64,000 nucleotides of DNA from Burkholderiaceae bacterium (GTDB lineage Bacteria > Pseudomonadota > Gammaproteobacteria > Burkholderiales > Burkholderiaceae_F). How positions within the stretch are numbered: position 1 is the stretch's first letter; the number at the start of each line of letters is the position of its first letter. Positions 41,325 through 53,407 of the stretch are shown here, piece by piece. The notes beneath the pieces are model-generated. The model saw nothing but the letters and a program-made list of their open reading frames with translations, had not been told where the DNA came from and did no database searches. The translations under genes were made by a program, and so were the position numbers. The stretch spans positions 31,704-95,703 of the forward strand of contig DAITAC010000001.1 of NCBI GenBank assembly GCA_036824465.1. Reading direction: 5' to 3'.

Positions 41325-42158
41325 ATGAAAGCGACCATATCCGAACTGAACCTGTACCCGGTCAAGGGCTGTCGGGGTTTCAGCGTGCGCAGCGCCCGGC
41401 TTGCCCCAACCGGGCTCGAGGTCGACGGCGTTGGCGATCGCGAATGGGTCGTCACTGATGTGGAAGGCGAGTTCCTAAGCCAGCGCGAGCATCCGCGAAT
41501 GGCGTTGATCGAATCGCGCTTCGTCAGCGAAACCTTGCGGTTGAGGGCGCCCGGAATGCTCGCGCTCGAAGTGCCGTTTGCTTCCGAAGGCGATGTGATC
41601 GAAGTTCGAGTTTGGGACGACAGCGTCGCGGCGGTCACGCAGGGCGAGATCGCCGACGCCTGGTTCAGCAAGTTCCTCGACGTGCCGGCGCGTCTTGTTC
41701 GCTTCGATCCGGAAGGCAGGCGCATCGCGAACCGCAAGTACACCGGCAAGATCGAGGCGCCGTACAAGTTTGCCGATGCATTTCCGCTGCTTATCACCGC
41801 TGGGGCATCGCTCGCCGATCTGAATGCGCGGCTATCAAAGACGAACCAGTCTGCAGTCACGATGGCTCGCTTCCGGCCCAACATCGTGCTCGACGGCGTG
41901 CCGGCCTTCGAAGAGGATTACATCAGGACGCTGCGACGCAGCGATATCGTGATACGACCGGTCAAGCCATGCGCGCGTTGCACCGTGCCAGGCGTCGACC
42001 CGCTCACTGGTGAAGCATCGACCACCGTGCCGGATCTGCTGGCCACCTTCCGTGGAACGAATGACGGCGTGATGTTCGGCGTCAACGCCATCGTCGTCGA
42101 AGGCGCCGGTTCCACGCTCAGGGTCGGCGACGAACTCGAGATTGAATTGCTACTCTGA
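41325..42158 (+). CDS. MOSC domain-containing protein (YcbX-like, no ferredoxin domain)
   Basis: MKATISELNLYPVKGCRG (MOSC N-terminal beta-barrel signature) and conserved Cys region RPVKPCARCTVPGVDPLTGE. Confidence 0.85.
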   Translation: MKATISELNLYPVKGCRGFSVRSARLAPTGLEVDGVGDREWVVTDVEGEFLSQREHPRMALIESRFVSETLRLRAPGMLALEVPFASEGDVIEVRVWDDSVAAVTQGEIADAWFSKFLDVPARLVRFDPEGRRIANRKYTGKIEAPYKFADAFPLLITAGASLADLNARLSKTNQSAVTMARFRPNIVLDGVPAFEEDYIRTLRRSDIVIRPVKPCARCTVPGVDPLTGEASTTVPDLLATFRGTNDGVMFGVNAIVVEGAGSTLRVGDELEIELLL

Positions 42159-42905
42159 CATGCGCCGCCGCCGGTTGCTTCTGGCACTGCTCCTTGCGCC
42201 CGCGGTCGGCGCACAGGAGATCGAGACCATCCAGTTGAAGCACCGGACCGCGGAGGACGTTCTCCCGAGCCTGCGTGCATTTCTCGAACCCGGCGGCGCG
42301 TTGACTGGCCAGGGTTACCAGTTGTTTGTCCGCGCCTCCGCCACGAACGTGCGACAACTGAAACAACTGCTGGTCGCCCTCGACCGTGCACCGAGACAGC
42401 TCGCCATCACGGTGCGGCAGGATCGCATCGATGAACGCGCATCGCGCGTGGTGGGCGTGGACGGGTCGGTCACCCTCTCGACCCGCCGCATTGCCGGCAA
42501 TGTCAACGTCGAAGCCGGTGACCACCGCGCGGTCGGCACCGCCGATGCAACGCAGACGATTCGCGTCGTTGAAGGCGGTCGCGCGTACATCGCGATTGGC
42601 ACGTCGATTCCGCTCGCGTTTCGGCGCTGGCTTGTGGATCAGAACGGCGTCACAGAGGCACACGGGACCGTGTTCTATGACGCCGTCACCGGGTTCTACG
42701 CCCGCCCGCAACTGGCGGGCGATGTGGTCATCATCGAGCTGGCGCCCGAGCAGGCCTTATTCACCGGCAGTGCGCTCGAGCGTGCACAGTTATCGATGAC
42801 CGTGCGCGGCCGGCTGGGCGAATGGATCGCGGTCGGCGGCGCCGACCTGCGGGAAGACTCGCGGGCCAGCGCAATTGCGAGCGCGGCAAGCATCGCGCAG
42901 GCGAC

Positions 42906-45333
<2,428 letters not shown>

Positions 45334-45336
45334 CCG

Positions 45337-46269
45337 ATGATAAGTCCCACGCCCGAAAAGACCGGCTGGCTGTCACGCCTGAAGCAAGGGCTCGAACGCA
45401 CACGTGTGAACATCGTCGGCCTGTTTTCCGGCGGCGTGGTCGACGATGCGTTGTTCGACGAACTTGAGATCGCGCTGATTGGTGCCGACGTCGGCGTGGC
45501 GACAACCATGGAAATTCTCGATGCGCTGCGCCGGCGCGTCAAACTGGCTGGGTTGAAGACACCAGCGGAAGTGCGCGATGCCCTGCGCGATGAGCTGACA
45601 GTGCGTCTGGCGCCATGTGAAGGCGCGCTGAAGTTTGACGCCACGCGCCCCATGGTGATGATGGTTGCCGGGGTCAATGGGGCCGGCAAAACCACGTCGA
45701 TCGGCAAGCTGGCGCATTGGCTCGCCGACCGCCACAAGAGCGTGCTCCTTGCGGCCGGCGATACGTTTCGCGCCGCCGCGCGCGAACAGCTGGCCGTCTG
45801 GGGGAGCCGCAACAACGTCGATGTGATCCAGCAGGCGAGCGGCGACCCTGCGGCCGTTGTGTTCGACGCCGTACAGGCCGCGCGTGCGCGCGGCATCGAC
45901 GTGCTGATCGCCGACACCGCCGGGCGTCTGCCGACGCAACTGCACCTGATGGATGAACTCAAGCGTGTCAAGCGCGCGCTCGACAAGGCCATGCCCGGCG
46001 CGCCGCATGAAGTGATCCTCGTGCTCGATGGCACCAATGGCCAGAATGCGCTCGCGCAGGTCCGGTCATTCGACGAAGCGATCGGGCTGACGGGTCTCGT
46101 GATCACCAAACTTGACGGCACCGCCAAAGGCGGCGTACTGGCCGCAATCGCGCGCGAGCGGCGTGAAAAGCCGATCCCAATTCTGTTCATCGGTATCGGC
46201 GAAAAACTCGGTGATCTGCAACCGTTCGTGGCAAAGGAATTCGCCGACGCTTTGCTGGGCACGTCCTGA
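45337..46269 (+). CDS. ftsY: signal recognition particle receptor FtsY (short, NG domain only)
   Basis: GVNGAGKTTSIGKLA (G1), DTAGR (G3), TKLDGTAKGG (G4/5). Confidence 0.93.
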   Translation: MISPTPEKTGWLSRLKQGLERTRVNIVGLFSGGVVDDALFDELEIALIGADVGVATTMEILDALRRRVKLAGLKTPAEVRDALRDELTVRLAPCEGALKFDATRPMVMMVAGVNGAGKTTSIGKLAHWLADRHKSVLLAAGDTFRAAAREQLAVWGSRNNVDVIQQASGDPAAVVFDAVQAARARGIDVLIADTAGRLPTQLHLMDELKRVKRALDKAMPGAPHEVILVLDGTNGQNALAQVRSFDEAIGLTGLVITKLDGTAKGGVLAAIARERREKPIPILFIGIGEKLGDLQPFVAKEFADALLGTS

Positions 46270-46284
46270 CCGTACTCGCACTCT

Positions 46285-46392
46285 AGCCACGCGACCGCGT
46301 GCTTGTTCACGAAGCCACGCGACCGCGTGCCTGTTTACGAAGCCACGCGACCGCGTGCCTGTTTACGAAGCCACACGACCGCGTGGCTTGGG
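46285..46392. repeat. 28-bp tandem repeat, 3 full copies + 1 partial copy, each with an internal 14-bp palindrome
   Basis: Copies at 46285-46312, 46313-46340, 46341-46368 and partial 46369-46392. Consensus AGCCACGCGACCGCGTGCCTGTTTACGA. Copies 2 and 3 are identical and copy 1 differs at 2 positions. Inner palindrome CACGCG-AC-CGCGTG. Confidence 0.92.
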
Positions 46393-46734
46393 CGGCGCCG
46401 GCCGCTTGCCGTCGGCAATGTGCATGATGGCCAGATACGGATGCTGCAGCAACATGCGAGGTCCGGCATATCGCATCACCTGCCGCACCTCTTCCCGATG
46501 TGCTGGGCCGTAGCAGTGAATCTGGCAGTTGGTGCAGGTCGGCTTGTCTTCACCGTAGGGGCATCCGGCAAGACGCCTTTCCGCATAACCATGCAGCGCC
46601 TCACACTCGGCACAAAGCGCCGAGCCGCCATGATGATCGCGACAGTAGGTCTGAAGCATGGCGCGAATCGTCTTCAATTCACGCGCCAACCGTGGTTTCA
46701 GCAGCCGCGCACGGCGTTCGTCGGTTGTCGTCAT
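46363..46734 (-). CDS. nitrous oxide-stimulated promoter (YgbA-like) family Cys-rich protein
   Basis: CRDHHG...CAECEALHGYAERRLAGCPYGEDKPTCTNCQIHCYGPAHREEVRQVMRYAGPRML closely follows the E. coli YgbA pattern as I recall it. ATG 46734. The last 9 codons and the stop lie inside the tandem repeat. Confidence 0.75.
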   Translation of the reverse strand: MTTTDERRARLLKPRLARELKTIRAMLQTYCRDHHGGSALCAECEALHGYAERRLAGCPYGEDKPTCTNCQIHCYGPAHREEVRQVMRYAGPRMLLQHPYLAIMHIADGKRPAPPKPRGRVAS

Positions 46735-46841
46735 GCGCGCATGGTGAGGGTACCGGTCCACGGTGATCTGTTCTGGATCAAATGCCGCTGACAGGTACCT
46801 CTTCTGGCTTACGATCGTGCATCGGCCAAGGGGGAATCGAC

Positions 46842-47801
46842 ATGCTTCGGACCGTCGTCGGCGCGCTGCTGGCCGCAATCGCACTGGCGGCAGCAGCTCA
46901 GGACTATCCGACCCGGTCGATCACGATGATCGTGCCCTTTCCACCGGGTGGCGTCGCCGACACCGTCGCGCGGCCGGTGGCCGATGCGATGTCGCGCGTC
47001 CTGAGGCAGCCTGTTGTCGTCGAAAACCGTGCGGGAGCGGGCGGAGGCATCGGCATGGCAGCCGCGGCGAAAGCAGCCCCCGACGGGTACACGGTCCTAC
47101 TCGCGCTGTCGTCAATCTCGATCATCCCCGAGGCTGATCGGCTACTTAAGCGTCCGGCGATGTACGAGTTGAAGCAATTGAAGCCGATCGCGCGCTTCAC
47201 CGCTGATCCGACCGTGCTCGTGGTGCGCGCTGACAGCCCATGGCACACCGCGCAGGAGTTCATCGCCGACATGAAACGCGAGCCGACCCGGTATTCGTAT
47301 GGCTCTTCGGGCAATTACGGCACGATGCACGTGCCGATGGAGATGCTGAAGACCGCCGCCGGCTTTCGCATGCTGCACATTCCATACACCGGCGCGGGGC
47401 CGGCGGTGGTCGCGTTGCTGGGCCGGCAGATCGATGCGTTGTCGACCGGGCCATCGACGGTGGTCCAGCACATCCGCAGCGGACGGTTGCGCGCGCTCGC
47501 CCACTGGGGCGAGGGGCGCTTGGCGGCGTTACCCGACGTGCCCAGCCTCGCCGAGCTTGGCCACCCGGTGCGGTTTTCGCAGTGGTCAGGGCTGTTCGTT
47601 CCGGCCGCAACCCCAGAACCGATCGTGGCGCGGCTGCGCGAGGCCGCGCGCCTCGGAGCAAATGATCCAAAGGTGCAGCACGTGATCGGCAATGCGGGCA
47701 GCCCGATCCTGTATCTCGATGCGCCCGACTTCCAGGATTTCTGGGACATGGACGCGGCGAGGATGGCTGACGCGGTGCAGCGGATCGGCCGCGTCGACTG
47801 A
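46842..47801 (+). CDS. Bug-family (TctC-like) substrate-binding protein
   Basis: Signal peptide MLRTVVGALLAAIALAAAAQ then DYPTRSITMIVPFPPGGVADTVARPVA. Confidence 0.88.
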   Translation: MLRTVVGALLAAIALAAAAQDYPTRSITMIVPFPPGGVADTVARPVADAMSRVLRQPVVVENRAGAGGGIGMAAAAKAAPDGYTVLLALSSISIIPEADRLLKRPAMYELKQLKPIARFTADPTVLVVRADSPWHTAQEFIADMKREPTRYSYGSSGNYGTMHVPMEMLKTAAGFRMLHIPYTGAGPAVVALLGRQIDALSTGPSTVVQHIRSGRLRALAHWGEGRLAALPDVPSLAELGHPVRFSQWSGLFVPAATPEPIVARLREAARLGANDPKVQHVIGNAGSPILYLDAPDFQDFWDMDAARMADAVQRIGRVD

Positions 47802-47811
47802 TTCAAGACGG

Positions 47812-48321
47812 TCACGGGAGTTTGATGCGATAGCGCACTTCGCACATTGTCTTGCCGCCCAGCTCGAAATTCTTCCCGGAATCTGGCTCCAGCCGCCAGC
47901 CCAAATGTTCATACGCCGAACGTGCACGGGGATTGTCGGCAAAGACCCAGAGCGTCGCGGTTGTCATGCCGTCAGCGACCAGCCGGTCGCGCGCCGCTCG
48001 CCAAAGAGACCGCGCTACACCTCGACTCCAGGCGGTGGGCCGCACATACAGCGCCCACACTTCGCCGGTCGAGGCACCTGCATCAGCATCACGCGAAGGG
48101 CCGATGCTGATCCACCCGCACATTGCTCCTTCTTCCTCCGCAACGAGCACCGTTACCGAACCAGTCTCGATCGACTGCTGCCACATCGCGCTGCGCTCGC
48201 CGGTCGACAGCGCATTGAGATATTCGTCGGGCACCAGGCCGCGATACGCATGTCGCCACGTCAGGACGTGAATGCGCGCAATCTCGTCGGCATCATCCGG
48301 CGCAGCGATGCGAGTCGTCAT
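47812..48321 (-). CDS. GNAT family N-acetyltransferase
   Basis: VRPTAWSRGVARSLWRAARDRL...AYEHLGWR acetyl-CoA-binding core; 169 aa. Confidence 0.8.
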   Translation of the reverse strand: MTTRIAAPDDADEIARIHVLTWRHAYRGLVPDEYLNALSTGERSAMWQQSIETGSVTVLVAEEEGAMCGWISIGPSRDADAGASTGEVWALYVRPTAWSRGVARSLWRAARDRLVADGMTTATLWVFADNPRARSAYEHLGWRLEPDSGKNFELGGKTMCEVRYRIKLP

Positions 48322-48400
48322 GCTTTCATCCTGAAGCTGTTGGTCGAAACGTAGAATCGGCGCAGTCTATTCAGCACCGCGTCTTGCGCCGCCCCATTTC

Positions 48401-49864
48401 ATGTTGCTGGCTGCAGTTGATCTTGGTTCGAACAGCTTCCGCCTGGAGATCGGTCGCGCCGATGGCAGTCATGTTGAACCCCTGGGTTACTGGAAGGAGA
48501 CGGTCCGACTCGCGCGCGGCCTCGGCGACGATCAGCGGCTTTCAAAGAAGGCGATCGACACCGCGTGCGAATGCCTGGCACGGATGAATGAGCGATTGCG
48601 CGGCATCAAGGGCGAGCACGTGCGCGCCGTCGGCACTCAGACCCTGCGCGAAGCGCGCAACGTCAATGAGTTTCTCCTCGAGGCCCAGGCTGCGCTCGGG
48701 CATCCGATCGAGGTGATTTCCGGCCGTGAAGAGGCACGCCTGATTTTCGAAGGCTGCATGCACGCGCTGCCGCCAGCGTCGAACCGGCGCCTCGTGGTTG
48801 ATATCGGCGGCGCATCGACCGAAGCGATCATCGGTCGCGACTTCACCGCGCAGGCGGCGGAGTCATTCAAGATCGGGTGCGTCAACACGACACTGCGATA
48901 CTTCAGGAGCGGCAACATCGATCGCGGCGGCTTCAAGCGTGCGGTGGTCGCATGCTCGGCCGAGCTGGAAGAAGCGATCGCGCAGTTTTCGCGCAGCAAC
49001 TGGGACGAAGCGTATGGAACCAGTGGCACGGCCGGCGCAGTAACTGAGATCCTGCGCGCGGAAGGTTGGGCGAACGGAACAATCACGTCCGAAGGCTTGC
49101 TCAGAATGCGGCAGGCGCTGCTGGACTTCGGTGAGATCAGGCGCATCCGGTTGGCCGGCATGAAGCCGGAACGGCAGGAGGTGATCGCTGGCGGCGTGGC
49201 GGTGTTGATCGCCGTGTTCGACACGCTCGGCATCACCGAAATGCAGCTCGGGCGCGGCGGGCTGCGTGTGGGTGTAATTTACGACTTGCTGGGACGGCGG
49301 GAACGGCGCGACGTTCGTGATGCGACGGTCGAGCGCCTCCAGTCACGGTTTGGTGTCGACCGTGCGCAGGCGAAGCGGGTCGCGCTGATTGCGCGGCAGT
49401 TCCACGACGCTCTGGAGCCGCACGCAGACGAGGAGCATGTAAAGCGACTAGCGTGGGCCGCCGCATTGCACGAGGTCGGGTTCGCCATTTCGCATAACGA
49501 CCATCACAAGCATGGCGCTTATCTGGTGCAGCACGGTGATCTGGCCGGCTTCTCCACCACAGATCAGGAACGGATCGCGACACTGATCCTCAGCCAACGG
49601 GGCAACCTGAAGAAGGTCATCGACGCGCTGATGGACGAGCAGCGCGTTGCAAAGATCGTCTCGCTCCGACTGGCGGTGATCCTTTGCCACGCGCGGCGCG
49701 AAGTGCAGTTGCCGAAGTGGACGCTGAGGACCGGTAAGACGTCGATTGACCTGGGACTCGACGCCGATTGGCTCTCGCGTCACCCGCTGACGCAGCACCT
49801 GCTCGATGAAGAAGCGGGGCAGTGGGAAAAGGTCGGAATACGCTTTGGTCTGAAGTCGCTTTAG
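48401..49864 (+). CDS. ppx: exopolyphosphatase (Ppx/GppA family)
   Basis: AAVDLGSNSFRLEIGR, DIGGASTE, C-terminal HD-like domain HNDHHKHGAYL. Confidence 0.92.
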   Translation: MLLAAVDLGSNSFRLEIGRADGSHVEPLGYWKETVRLARGLGDDQRLSKKAIDTACECLARMNERLRGIKGEHVRAVGTQTLREARNVNEFLLEAQAALGHPIEVISGREEARLIFEGCMHALPPASNRRLVVDIGGASTEAIIGRDFTAQAAESFKIGCVNTTLRYFRSGNIDRGGFKRAVVACSAELEEAIAQFSRSNWDEAYGTSGTAGAVTEILRAEGWANGTITSEGLLRMRQALLDFGEIRRIRLAGMKPERQEVIAGGVAVLIAVFDTLGITEMQLGRGGLRVGVIYDLLGRRERRDVRDATVERLQSRFGVDRAQAKRVALIARQFHDALEPHADEEHVKRLAWAAALHEVGFAISHNDHHKHGAYLVQHGDLAGFSTTDQERIATLILSQRGNLKKVIDALMDEQRVAKIVSLRLAVILCHARREVQLPKWTLRTGKTSIDLGLDADWLSRHPLTQHLLDEEAGQWEKVGIRFGLKSL

Positions 49865-49874
49865 CCTGCAATCC

Positions 49875-50339
49875 CTACAACAGTTCGGGACTGATGACGG
49901 CTCGCAACACAAGCTGACTCTCACCGTCGCGCTCGCGCGAGCTGATCCACCAGATGCCGCCCTTCTTGATCGACCAGTCCTGCTCGCGGCCAGCCAGCAA
50001 TCGGCTCGCAACCCAGCCGAGCGTCGGCTGATGCCCAACGATCACCACCGTCGATCTGCCGTTGGGCCAGCCGGCGGCACCAAGCACATCCTCGGCCCCG
50101 GCCCCTGGCGCCAACTGCTCGACAGTCCTGAACTTGCGCTTCGAGATCTCTGCCAGCGCCGTTGCGGTCTGCTGCGAACGCGCCGCCGGGCTGACCAGCA
50201 CGCGCGCCGAATCGGGCAACTGTGCGTGCAGCCATTCAGCCATGCGGCGCGCCTGCTTTTCGCCCTTGGCGGTGAGCTTGCGCCCAAGGTCGGGCTCACC
50301 CACCTCTGCTTCAGCGTGGCGCCAAAGAACCAGTTCCAT
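49875..50339 (-). CDS. sixA: phosphohistidine phosphatase SixA
   Basis: MELVLWRHAEAE (RHA catalytic motif), ...VGHQPTLG; 154 aa. Confidence 0.88.
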   Translation of the reverse strand: MELVLWRHAEAEVGEPDLGRKLTAKGEKQARRMAEWLHAQLPDSARVLVSPAARSQQTATALAEISKRKFRTVEQLAPGAGAEDVLGAAGWPNGRSTVVIVGHQPTLGWVASRLLAGREQDWSIKKGGIWWISSRERDGESQLVLRAVISPELL

Positions 50340-50355
50340 CGTCGTCGTTCAACGA

Positions 50356-52536
50356 TCAGCTTGAAGCGGCGAGCTGCTGCAACAGCGCGCGCTGCGAGGA
50401 GTAACCCGGGCCGCGCGGCTTCGGAGGCCGGTATTCGCCGTCGGGACCGAGGGTCCACGCATTTGCAGTGTCGATCAGGTAGGGCAGCAGGCCCTCATCG
50501 ATCACGCGCTGCTTCAGCTTCCTGTTCAGCACCGGCCATGCAACCTCGATGCGACGAAACAGGTTGCGGCCCATCCAGTCCGCGCTCGACAGGTACACGT
50601 CGTCGCTGCCGCCGTTGCGGAAGTAGTAGATCCGGTGATGTTCGAGAAAGCGCCCCACGATAGAACGCACGCTGATGTTCTCCGACAGCCCCTTCACGCC
50701 AGGTCGCAGACAGCAGGCGCCGCGAATGATGAGGTCGATCTTCACTCCGGCCTGCGACGCGACGTACAGCGCGTTGATGGTCGCCTCGTCGATCAGCGCG
50801 TTCATCTTCGCGACGATGCGGCCCGGCTTGCCGCTGCGGACAATCTCCGCCTCTCGCGCGATCGCGGCAATCACGCGCTTGTGCAGCGTGAACGGCGCCA
50901 CCCACAGATGAGTCAGTCTCGCGAGTTTGTTCTGACTCGTGAGGTGCATGAACACGCGCTCGACGTCGGCGCACAGCACCGGGTCGGCGGTCAGCATGCC
51001 GAAGTCGGTGTACAGCTTGGTCGTGGCCGGGTGGTAGTTGCCGGTACCCAGGTGCGCGTAGTGAACGAGCCGCGCCCTGGACTCCTTGCGCTTTGAGGAT
51101 TCTTCCTCGCGCCGCAGGACAAGCAGCATCTTGGCGTGCGTCTTAAGGCCCACTACGCCGTAGACCACCTGCGCGCCGACCGCCTCGAGGCGTTCGGCGA
51201 GGTTGATGTTCGCTTCCTCGTCGAAGCGGGCCTTCAATTCGACGATCACGGTGATTTCCTTGCCGCGTCGCGCAGCGTCGACGAGCAGATCGACCAGGAT
51301 CGATGCGGTGCCGGTGCGATACAGCGTCATGCGGATGGCAACCACCTTGGGATCGAGCACCGCCTGGCGCAGGAATTCGATCACCGGCTCGAAGCTCTCG
51401 AACGGGTGATGCATCAGGATGTCGCCGCGTTTCATCGCGTCGAACATGTCGGCACCTTCGGCCGACTGCGTCACCCTGGCGGGCCACGCCGGCACAAATG
51501 ACGACCAACGCAATTGCGGTTGCGAAATGTGATCGACCAGCTGAGTCATGCGCACCAGGTTGACCGGGCCATCGACGCGAAAGACCGCTTCGTTAGGCAG
51601 CTGAAACTGCTCGCGCAGCATCAGTTCGAGTTGCGGCGGACAGGTGCGCAACACTTCCAGCCGCAGCGGATTGCCAAAGTGACGCTGGGTCAGCTCAACG
51701 CGCATGGCCTGACGCAAGTTTTTCACCTCGCGCTCATCGACCCATAGGTCGGAGTCGCGCGTGACGCGAAACTGTGAGAAGCCGGTCACGACTCGGCCCG
51801 GAAATACATCGGCCAGATGCGCGCGGATCACCGAGGTCAGCATCACGAACGCCAGCTTGCCGGGGGCAAGCCGTGCCGGCAGTGGAATCACGCGCGGCAG
51901 CACGCGCGGCACTTTCAGGATTGCGGTCGCCGCGGCCCGGCCATAGGCGTCCTTGCCTTCGAGCGCGATGATGAAATTCAGCGCCTTGTTCATCACCTGC
52001 GGAAAGGGATGCGATGGATCGAGTCCGATCGGCGCCAGCAACGGCCTGACTTCGCTTTCAAAGTACTCCCGCACCCACGTCCGCTGTGCCGCCGTTCGCT
52101 TGGCGTGGTTGATGACCACGATGTTTCGTTTCTCCAGCAACGGCATCAGCGTCTGATTGAACAGCGCGTACTGCCGCTCAACCAATGCATGCGCACGCTC
52201 GGAAATGCGCAGGTACAGCCCCCACTGCGATGCCTGCGGTCCCCACCCGCTCATGGCGCCCACTTCGTCGCGCATTTCGTCGATCAGATCGGACAGGCGA
52301 ATCTCGAAGAACTCATCCAGATTGGATGAAACGATGCAGATGAATCGCAGCCGTTCCGCAAGTGGAACGTCCGTGCGCTGGGCCAGCGCAAGCACGCGTT
52401 CGTTGAAGGCGAGCTGCGACAGTTCCCGATTGGAAAAGCGCTCCGTCGGCGCCAAAGACCCGATCTTCTTGTCCCTGCGGTCCTTTCCGGACCGGTGTTT
52501 CAACCTGTGTTTCCAGCGCACCATAAAAATCGTCAA
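50356..52536 (-). CDS. ppk1: polyphosphate kinase 1
   Basis: NRELSQLAFNERVLALA N-terminus, autophosphorylated-His region LKTHAKMLLV, two PLD-like C domains. About 25-aa basic N-terminal extension, so the start is somewhat uncertain. Confidence 0.95.
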   Translation of the reverse strand: MTIFMVRWKHRLKHRSGKDRRDKKIGSLAPTERFSNRELSQLAFNERVLALAQRTDVPLAERLRFICIVSSNLDEFFEIRLSDLIDEMRDEVGAMSGWGPQASQWGLYLRISERAHALVERQYALFNQTLMPLLEKRNIVVINHAKRTAAQRTWVREYFESEVRPLLAPIGLDPSHPFPQVMNKALNFIIALEGKDAYGRAAATAILKVPRVLPRVIPLPARLAPGKLAFVMLTSVIRAHLADVFPGRVVTGFSQFRVTRDSDLWVDEREVKNLRQAMRVELTQRHFGNPLRLEVLRTCPPQLELMLREQFQLPNEAVFRVDGPVNLVRMTQLVDHISQPQLRWSSFVPAWPARVTQSAEGADMFDAMKRGDILMHHPFESFEPVIEFLRQAVLDPKVVAIRMTLYRTGTASILVDLLVDAARRGKEITVIVELKARFDEEANINLAERLEAVGAQVVYGVVGLKTHAKMLLVLRREEESSKRKESRARLVHYAHLGTGNYHPATTKLYTDFGMLTADPVLCADVERVFMHLTSQNKLARLTHLWVAPFTLHKRVIAAIAREAEIVRSGKPGRIVAKMNALIDEATINALYVASQAGVKIDLIIRGACCLRPGVKGLSENISVRSIVGRFLEHHRIYYFRNGGSDDVYLSSADWMGRNLFRRIEVAWPVLNRKLKQRVIDEGLLPYLIDTANAWTLGPDGEYRPPKPRGPGYSSQRALLQQLAASS

Positions 52537-52659
52537 TGACCACGTGATGACAGGTTCGGCACACTTACAATGCCGCCGCCGCGATCGGAGCTGAAATCGA
52601 TTCTATGCGCGACATCGAATGATCCAACCGACTCCGGCTTGCGTCGCAGATATCCCCGG

Positions 52660-53352
52660 ATGACAAACTCCACCGCTGAGGCCGCCCCCGCAACGCCGCC
52701 ACTGATCGTGGTCGAGCACGTGCAAAAAAGCTACGACCATGCGTCGCCGGTCCTGGACGACCTGAGTTTCACCGTGCAACGCGGCGAGTTCCTGCTGTTA
52801 ACCGGGCCGAGCGGCGCGGGCAAGTCGACGCTGTTGCGGCTGCTGGCGGCGCTGGAACCGCCGTCGAGAGGACGAATCGTCATTGCCGACAAGGACCTGG
52901 CGCAGTTGAAGCAACGCGGACGCGCTGCCCTGCGCCGCACGCTGGGGATCGTGCCGCAGGATCTGCTGCTGCTCCCCGATCGTACGGCGCTGGAAAACGT
53001 GATGTTGCCCGGCCTGATAGCCGGTCTGTCACGCTCCGACGCTCGCGCTCGCGCACAGGTTGCACTTGCACGCGTAGGAATCGCCGACGAAGCGTTGCAC
53101 CCGCCGGCGCTGTCTGGAGGGGCTCAGCAGCGAGTTGCGCTGGCACGAGCCATTGTCAATCGGCCCGCAGTGGTTCTCGCTGATGAACCAACCGCGCATC
53201 TGGATTCGCAGGCGGCCGCGGCTATCCTGCGGCTGCTGGATGATTTTTCCGCATCTGGAATTGCCGTGGTGCTCGCATCGCATGGTGAGGCGGTCCCCGT
53301 TCCTGAGCGCGCGCGCGTGCTGCGCCTAACCAACGGAAGACTTGCCGCATGA
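52660..53352 (+). CDS. ftsE: cell division ATP-binding protein FtsE
   Basis: GPSGAGKSTLLRLL, LSGGAQQRVALARA, VVLADEPT. Followed by ftsX. ATG 52660. Confidence 0.9.
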   Translation: MTNSTAEAAPATPPLIVVEHVQKSYDHASPVLDDLSFTVQRGEFLLLTGPSGAGKSTLLRLLAALEPPSRGRIVIADKDLAQLKQRGRAALRRTLGIVPQDLLLLPDRTALENVMLPGLIAGLSRSDARARAQVALARVGIADEALHPPALSGGAQQRVALARAIVNRPAVVLADEPTAHLDSQAAAAILRLLDDFSASGIAVVLASHGEAVPVPERARVLRLTNGRLAA

Positions 53353-53407
53353 TCGTGCCGGACCGCCCCAAGCGCGATTCCTTGGCGCGAGGCAACAAGG
53401 TAGCCCA

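Noticed and set aside
46285-46392. Possible CRISPR array (28-bp palindromic repeats).
   Set aside because: The copies abut directly with no spacers, there are only 3.7 copies, and no cas genes are in the window. It is a tandem repeat, not a CRISPR.
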